Positions 45,636 through 51,152 of a stretch of 51,152 nucleotides of DNA are shown here, one piece after another (the first letter of the stretch is position 1; each line of letters opens with the position of its first letter). The notes beneath the pieces were generated by a model that made no database searches, had not been told where the DNA came from, and saw only the letters and a list, made by a program, of their open reading frames with translations. The position numbers and the translations under genes were made by a program. Origin of the DNA: an uncultured Acidobacteriota bacterium (GTDB lineage: Bacteria > Acidobacteriota > Terriglobia > UBA7540); NCBI GenBank assembly GCA_964438685.1, contig CAYTMD010000001.1, positions 1-51,152 of the forward strand, read 5' to 3'.

Positions 45636-48600
45636 TTGCCTGAGGAAAAAGATCCCGTCACGACATCATCGCTTGCCACGCTTTTGGTGATCTCGTCCGT
45701 GCTCTTGACGCTGACACTGGTATGGGCGCTCTACAATGAGTTTTTCGGCCTGCGCCCGTGGAAGGTCTATCAGCGCGATTTTGCCAGCCGCTACCAGACC
45801 TTCCTGAAGAAACAGATTCCCAAGCAAAAGGCCGCGGAAAAGGAAATCCTGGCATCGGCGGAATATCAGCAACTCAATCAACAGCTTGAGGCGCTGGAAG
45901 CTGACGTGAAGGGAAAGTCCGAGGAGGCCGACAAGCAGATCGCCATCCTGGACGCCCGGTTCTCAGCCCTCACCGATACCTTTACCACGGCGCGCGCCTA
46001 TGTGGCCGAGCAGGTTTACCACATCGAGCACACCTCGGTGAGCGGGCAGCCTTCATTGCAAAAACAATTGACCAAGTATGAGGCTGGTCCGTTCGAGCTT
46101 TCTCTACCCACGCTTCCCGACGGGGCACGCGTCAAAGGCACCTACACCTTCCAGCAATTGCAGGAGGAGTTTAATCGGGTTCAGCTCGACAAAGCGAAAA
46201 TGCTGGAAGAGAAGTCGGCAATGCTTCGTCCGGTTTCCGAGTTGCGCAAGAAGCGTGACTCCTACCTTGCTGATCATCTTGATGGCCTGACCGCCGATCA
46301 ATTACGCGGATTGCTGAAAAAGTCAGAGGACGCCGCGGTGGAGATCCGGCAAATCAATAATCCGGATGCGGAAATTGTGGACCGTTGCGAGTCCTGCCAC
46401 GCCGGCATTCGCGAACCGGTCGCCATCACTGCCAAGGATATGGGTGGAAAGGCAGTTTTTGTTAGCCACCCTGACCCGGAATTGTTGAAGCTTCACGACC
46501 CGGAAAAGTTCGGCTGCTCGCCTTGCCACGGCGGCGATGGTATGGCGGTGGAGAGTGTTGAAAGGGCGCACGGTAAGTATGAACACTGGCTGTGGCCGCT
46601 CCACCCGAAGGAGAACGTTGAGGCCGGCTGCCAGCAATGCCACGCCATGGATATGGTGGTGAATCGCGCCCCAGTGCTGAGTTACGGCAAGGAACTGTTT
46701 CAACGCCGCGGCTGCGTGGGCTGTCACCGCTTCCAGAACTACGATCCAGAGCCGGAAGAAATGGCGGCCGTGCAGCAACAGGTTATTCAGCTTGAAAACC
46801 AGCGTCACGACGCGCAACACGACATTGAGCATGACATTCAGTTGGGCGATGCCGCACCTGACAACGAATCAGCGCGCAAGTATTACACCCAGGCAGACAT
46901 GCTTCGGGTTTCCATCAGCGACATTGACGGCCGCCTGGAGCAGTTCGACCGGCGCTCCAAGGATCTGCTCCGTGACATGAAGAAAGTAGGCCCGGACCTT
47001 AAAGAAGTGCGCGTGAAGATCCACCCCGATTGGATCCCAGTATGGATTTCCAATCCCCACACCTGGCGGCCCGGCACACGTATGCCGCGTTTCCGGTTGG
47101 CCGACGACGAAGTCAAAGCGATTGCAGCCTTCGTTTGGCAGAGTGGAATCGACGGTTCGCTGCCCCAGCAGCAACCCGGCGATCCCGTAAAGGGTAAGGA
47201 AAGCTTTGAAACCCGCGGCTGTATGGGCTGCCATTCCCTTGACGAAAACAATCCTGGCTTCGCCGCCAACCTCTCGCGAGTGGGAGAAAAGGACAACTAC
47301 GATTACCTGGTGCGTTGGGTTCACAATCCCCGCGAGCGCACACGCCCCTACTGCGCGTTTGAAAAGCGCGACCTGACGGAAGATGATTACAAGCGCCACG
47401 GATTGCCCTACGTCTTCGACCTTGACCACACCAAGTGCCCGAATGACGGCCACGAGTTGCAGGTGGAGCAGGAAACCATCATGCCCAACCTGCGACTGTC
47501 GCTGCAGGAAGCCCGCGATATCGCCAGTTACCTGATGACCCTGAAACAGCAGGAACCCTCATCATATGCGCACGCTGACTACTTGAACGATCCCAGCCTC
47601 AAGGTCAAAGGCCACGCCCTGGTGCAGCGATACGGGTGCGCGGGTTGCCACGAAATTTCCGGCATGGAAGAAGAAGGCCGGATCGGCACCGAACTTACCA
47701 AGGAAGGCTCCAAGCCGATCGAGCAGATTGATTTTGCCCTGCTCACAGCAAAGGCGCGCCAACAGGGCTGGTATGACCATAAGGGATTCTTCGAACATAA
47801 GCTCGAGAAGCCGGAAGTCTATGACACCGGCCGCGATTGGAAGGACCGCGATCCCAACGAGCGCCTGCGCATGCCCGACTTTGAAATGAAGCCGCAGGAA
47901 ATCTCCTCCCTCACCACGTTCCTGATGGGAGCGGTGGAATCGCAAGTGCCGCCGCGTTACTGGGACGCTCCCGAAGACCAGCGGCGCGATATCCAGGAAG
48001 GTTGGTGGGTGGTCAAGAAATACAACTGCATGGGTTGCCATCAATTCACGGTGGGGCAGTCAAGCCGGCTGATGACCCTAGATCGCTATCAAACGCCGGA
48101 GTGGAAAGACCAATTGCCGCCCAAGCTGATGGGCGAAGGCGCGCGGGCCAATCCCGACTGGATGCTGAAATTCCTGAATAACCCGGCGATGGACGCCAAG
48201 GACACGGACCGCAACGGTGTGCGGCCTTACCTGAAGGTACGAATGCCCACGTTCTTCTTCTCGCCCATTGAGATCCGCAAACTCGTGCGATTCTTCCAGG
48301 CGCTTTCGGGCCAGCCCATGCCCTATATCCCGCCCAAGCTCGATCCGCTGAGCGACCAGGAAATCGCCATGGCAAGGGCACTGTTCACCAGCAAAGCCGC
48401 GCCCTGCCTGAAATGCCATGCCACGGGCGAAGCCTCGCACGACAAGTTTGCCACTGCGCCCAATTTCCTTCTGGCGCGCGACCGGCTGAAGCCCGGGTGG
48501 GCCCGCCGGTGGATGCTCGATCCATCCATGATCAGCCCCGGCACCGCCATGCCTTCCGGCTTGTTCAAACCGGTCGCCGACCACTACGTCTTTGCCGGTC

Positions 48601-48827
48601 CCACGCCTGATATCTTCAAGGGTTACGACGGCGACCAGCCTGAACTACTGGTGCGCTATCTGTTCGAGATTACGCCGGAGGAGCAGCACCGATTGGTGGG
48701 CATGAGCGCGGGCGCGGTGAAAACGACTGAAATCAGGCGTCAGAAGTCAGGAGTCAGGAGCCAGAATCAAAGGCCACGTGGCCCCCTTGCTGCTAGGATG
48801 GAACTTGGTATCGGCATCGAACGCTAA
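45636..48827 (+). CDS. membrane-anchored octahaem c-type cytochrome (1063 aa)
   Basis: Eight CxxCH motifs: CESCH, CSPCH, CQQCH, CVGCH, CMGCH, CAGCH, CMGCH, CLKCH. N-terminal TM helix, then a ~200-aa coiled-coil-like region. TTG start at 45636 with no early in-frame ATG. Confidence 0.85.
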   Translation: MPEEKDPVTTSSLATLLVISSVLLTLTLVWALYNEFFGLRPWKVYQRDFASRYQTFLKKQIPKQKAAEKEILASAEYQQLNQQLEALEADVKGKSEEADKQIAILDARFSALTDTFTTARAYVAEQVYHIEHTSVSGQPSLQKQLTKYEAGPFELSLPTLPDGARVKGTYTFQQLQEEFNRVQLDKAKMLEEKSAMLRPVSELRKKRDSYLADHLDGLTADQLRGLLKKSEDAAVEIRQINNPDAEIVDRCESCHAGIREPVAITAKDMGGKAVFVSHPDPELLKLHDPEKFGCSPCHGGDGMAVESVERAHGKYEHWLWPLHPKENVEAGCQQCHAMDMVVNRAPVLSYGKELFQRRGCVGCHRFQNYDPEPEEMAAVQQQVIQLENQRHDAQHDIEHDIQLGDAAPDNESARKYYTQADMLRVSISDIDGRLEQFDRRSKDLLRDMKKVGPDLKEVRVKIHPDWIPVWISNPHTWRPGTRMPRFRLADDEVKAIAAFVWQSGIDGSLPQQQPGDPVKGKESFETRGCMGCHSLDENNPGFAANLSRVGEKDNYDYLVRWVHNPRERTRPYCAFEKRDLTEDDYKRHGLPYVFDLDHTKCPNDGHELQVEQETIMPNLRLSLQEARDIASYLMTLKQQEPSSYAHADYLNDPSLKVKGHALVQRYGCAGCHEISGMEEEGRIGTELTKEGSKPIEQIDFALLTAKARQQGWYDHKGFFEHKLEKPEVYDTGRDWKDRDPNERLRMPDFEMKPQEISSLTTFLMGAVESQVPPRYWDAPEDQRRDIQEGWWVVKKYNCMGCHQFTVGQSSRLMTLDRYQTPEWKDQLPPKLMGEGARANPDWMLKFLNNPAMDAKDTDRNGVRPYLKVRMPTFFFSPIEIRKLVRFFQALSGQPMPYIPPKLDPLSDQEIAMARALFTSKAAPCLKCHATGEASHDKFATAPNFLLARDRLKPGWARRWMLDPSMISPGTAMPSGLFKPVADHYVFAGPTPDIFKGYDGDQPELLVRYLFEITPEEQHRLVGMSAGAVKTTEIRRQKSGVRSQNQRPRGPLAARMELGIGIER

Positions 48828-48995
48828 GACTAGGGAAACCAGGCGACAGGAGTCAGAAGTCAGGAGTCAGAATGGAAGGCTGGGTGGCCCCTTCGACATC
48901 GAACCGTAACACCGGAGGCACGGGGGAAACAGGAGCTAGATGTAAAACATCAGGCTCGAGGTGCTTTTTGTTCTGACTCCTGTCTCCTGACTCCT
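48731..48995. repeat. CAGGAGT/CAGAAGT heptamer element: two tandem direct copies plus one inverted arm
   Basis: Copy A 48731-48835 (inside the cytochrome 3' end), copy B 48838-48912, inverted arm TTCTGACTCCTGTCTCCTGACTCCT 48971-48995. Confidence 0.8.
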
Positions 48996-49018
48996 ATTTT
49001 GAAAGGAAGGTTCTTCCG

Positions 49019-49798
49019 ATGAACAACCGAAAATGGATGTGGCTGTTTGCAAGTGTGGTGGTTCTGGCTTTGGTGGGATGCAGCAAGAAGGAAGAAACTC
49101 CCACGGAAGCGCCAACGGAAACCACCACTCAAGCGCCCACGCCGATTGACCAATCGACGGTGGGCCAGGTAACGGGCAAGATTTCCTTCGAGGGCGCCAA
49201 GCCCTCGCCCAAACAGATCATGATGGACCAGGATCCGGTTTGCGTGCAGAAGCACAGCGGCAAAGTCTTTGCTGAGGACGGCACAGTGAATGGCGATGGC
49301 ACATTGTCCAACGCGTTCATCTACGTCAAAGCAGGAGCCGAGAAGTACACCTTTGCTCCGCCGGCTGACTCCGTTACGCTTGATCAGGACGGTTGCATGT
49401 ATAAACCCCATGTACTGGGCATCATGACCGGCCAAATCCTGAAGATTGTTTCCAGCGACGCCACGACGCACAACATTCATCCCATGCCCAAGGACAATCG
49501 CGAGTGGAATATGTCGCAGGCCCCGGGCGCCGCGCCCATTGAACAAAAGTTCGCGCGGCCGGAAATCATGGTGCCGGTAAAGTGCAACCAGCACCCCTGG
49601 ATGCGCGCGTGGATCGGTGTAACCTCAAACCCCTTCTTTGCCGTGTCGGGCAGCGACGGTACATTCACCATCACAGGGCTGCCCCCGGGGGATTACACCA
49701 TCGAAGCTTGGACAGCGACCTTCGGCACGCAGGAACAGAAAGTGACCGTGGGAGCGAAAGAAACCAAGACCGTCGATTTCAAGTTCAAAGCATCGTAA
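49019..49798 (+). CDS. lipoprotein with cupredoxin (type-1 copper) and CarboxypepD_reg-like domains
   Basis: Lipobox LVGC. THNIH...CNQHPWM ligand spacing resembles amicyanin (CTPHPFM). C-terminal GTFTITGLPPGDYTIEAW. Confidence 0.6.
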   Translation: MNNRKWMWLFASVVVLALVGCSKKEETPTEAPTETTTQAPTPIDQSTVGQVTGKISFEGAKPSPKQIMMDQDPVCVQKHSGKVFAEDGTVNGDGTLSNAFIYVKAGAEKYTFAPPADSVTLDQDGCMYKPHVLGIMTGQILKIVSSDATTHNIHPMPKDNREWNMSQAPGAAPIEQKFARPEIMVPVKCNQHPWMRAWIGVTSNPFFAVSGSDGTFTITGLPPGDYTIEAWTATFGTQEQKVTVGAKETKTVDFKFKAS

Positions 49799-49800
49799 GA

Positions 49801-49870
49801 AACAGGAGTCAGAAGTCAGGAGCCAGGAGTCAGAATGCGGACAAGCGGCGCGCGTGGGGCGCGCCGCATC
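49801..49870. repeat. fourth copy of the CAGGAGT/CAGAAGT element
   Basis: AACAGGAGTCAGAAGTCAGGAGCCAGGAGTCAGAATG, followed by the GGCGCGC gtggg GCGCGCC hairpin. Confidence 0.75.
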
Positions 49871-50044
49871 TTGCAGGCACGAGAGTCGGTTCAGGGCGAT
49901 ACGGTTAATTACAAGCGAACATAAGTGAAAGCGCGCTCGGCTGCGCATCGGCGGGAGTGCCCGTCTACTTCGATTCACATTCCTCGCCCCCTTGCCCGGA
50001 TTATTCATTAGAGGACAAGCGGAGGGACGGCTTTAAGAATGTTT

Positions 50045-50166
50045 CACACGGAGTCCACGGAGTGTTTTATGGATCGAATTACGGAAGCGTTTGACCACAG
50101 AGTGCACAGAGAACATCTCGGGACCTCTCTGTGGTCTCTGTGCCTTAACTCTGTGACCTCTGTGCG
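50045..50166. repeat. CACAGAG / CTCTGTG motif inverted repeat cluster
   Basis: CCACAGAGTGCACAGAG (left) against four CTCTGTG copies on the right. The spacing is 9-13 nt, so it is not strictly 7-periodic. Confidence 0.6.
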
Positions 50167-50280
50167 AAATTCTTTGCCGCCCTCCATCGCTGCAAGAAGT
50201 TCATGAATAATCCGGGCCTTGGGAGAGCGGGAAGATGAATCCCTGGTTTTGGTGCTGTATTGGAGCGGTCCGTTAAGGCT

Positions 50281-50316
50281 TTGAGCTGATCGCTGAAAGC
50301 TGAGAGCTGACAGCTT
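50281..50316. repeat. single arm of GCTGA-type heptamers
   Basis: GAGCTGA TCGCTGA AAGCTGA GAGCTGA CAGCTTG. Related to the units at 44516-44550. No partner arm was seen. Confidence 0.6.
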
Positions 50317-50347
50317 GAACCCAGCCTCGGATGGGAAAGGATGCCTT

Positions 50348-51151
50348 ATGGGTCTGGCGATTGCGCTGGTGGTGGTCATCATCACCCTGCTTTCCGGATA
50401 CTTCTTTTGGGCGCACACCTGGTGGTTCCCCATCGACATTTCCAAGCATGGCGCGGCGATTGACCACCAATTCATGCTGACCCTGATCATCACGGGGATC
50501 ATCTTTGTGGCGGCGCAGTTCTCCCTGGCGTACGCAGTTTGGAAGTATCGCGCGCGCAAGGGTGACGCCGGCGCGGCCACCTACTCGCACGGCAACAACA
50601 CCATGGAATTCACCTGGACGCTTGCCGCCACCATCCTGTTTGTCGGCCTCAACTTGATGGGTTACAAGACCTGGGCAAACATCCATTTCGTAGGCGCGCA
50701 ACCCGGCGCCATGCAAATTGAAGTCTGGGGACAGCAATTCGCATGGTATTTCCGCTATCCCGGCCCCGACGGCAAGTTTGGTCCGGTGCATGTGGAAAAA
50801 GTGGATGACTCCATGGGGAATTTTCTGGGACTCGACCGCGACCACGACGCCGACTCCAAGGATGACATCGTCACCGCCACTCTGGCGATTCCCGTTAATC
50901 GCGAAGTCCAGATCATTCTCCGCTCCAAAGATGTGACGCATTCCTTCTTTGTTCGCGAATTACGCATGAAGCAGGATTTGGTTCCGGGAATGGAAATTCC
51001 CATTCATTTTACCGCCACCAAAACTGGCCGCTACGAACTTGCCTGCGCGGAGTTGTGCGGCCTGGGCCACTACAAAATGCGAGCCTTCGTCCAGGTGATG
51101 ACCGACGACGATTTCCAGAAATGGCTCCAGAACATGGCGGCGGCACAGTGA
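50348..51151 (+). CDS. coxB: cytochrome c oxidase subunit II
   Basis: ATG at 50348 after GGAAAGGA. Two N-terminal TM helices. CuA site HSFF...CAELCGLGHYKM. TGA at 51149-51151. Confidence 0.9.
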   Translation: MGLAIALVVVIITLLSGYFFWAHTWWFPIDISKHGAAIDHQFMLTLIITGIIFVAAQFSLAYAVWKYRARKGDAGAATYSHGNNTMEFTWTLAATILFVGLNLMGYKTWANIHFVGAQPGAMQIEVWGQQFAWYFRYPGPDGKFGPVHVEKVDDSMGNFLGLDRDHDADSKDDIVTATLAIPVNREVQIILRSKDVTHSFFVRELRMKQDLVPGMEIPIHFTATKTGRYELACAELCGLGHYKMRAFVQVMTDDDFQKWLQNMAAAQ

Positions 51152-51152
51152 G

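Noticed and set aside
50038-50056. ATGTTTCAC, a third parS-like sequence.
   Set aside because: Only the left half-site matches. The right half (ACGGAGTC) does not, and the sequence belongs to the CACGGAG/CACAGAG repeat cluster.

Overview
51.2-kb chromosomal segment from a GC-rich bacterium; hand counts of single 60-nt lines gave 55-57% GC in two lines outside the AT-rich patches. The gene content (DUF1080, DUF2911, Rieske/split cytochrome b with a giant multihaem cytochrome, EPS genes) suggests an Acidobacteriota-like soil organism, but that is inference only.

Gene order, left to right:
- Partial Tat-signal protein, a B12-radical SAM gene and small secreted or membrane proteins (1-5 kb).
- A surface-polysaccharide cluster (5.1-16.5 kb): O-antigen ligase family, MurJ-type flippase, three GT4/GT2 transferases, an AsnB-type amidotransferase and a priming sugar transferase.
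- DUF1385-prfA-prmC-dinB, an AAA ATPase, an RNase H-like exonuclease and rnhB (17-24.5 kb).
- Assorted housekeeping and stress genes (25-35 kb), ending with msrA, a GT1 and rsmG.
- Two consensus parS sites directly upstream of rsmG.
- A more AT-rich ORFan islet (35.6-38.5 kb) carrying a transposase relic and a 71-nt tRNA-Ala/tmRNA-like mini-gene.
- hemH, then an RHH-PIN toxin-antitoxin cassette sitting between a relic and an intact higA-like gene, then a lactonase.
- A respiratory cluster (42.7-51.2 kb): Rieske protein, split cytochrome b, a 1063-aa octahaem cytochrome c, a cupredoxin lipoprotein and coxB.

The most unusual property of the window is non-coding. About ten intergenic spacers are built from pairs of inverted arms, and each arm is made of tandem 7-nt units. 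The unit sequence differs from locus to locus. The arms often overlap stop codons or abut start codons. A separate palindromic dispersed element occurs four times, once in frame inside the O-antigen ligase gene.

No rRNA genes, canonical tRNA genes, CRISPR arrays or intact mobile elements were seen. All family assignments come from motif recognition by eye and no searches were run.
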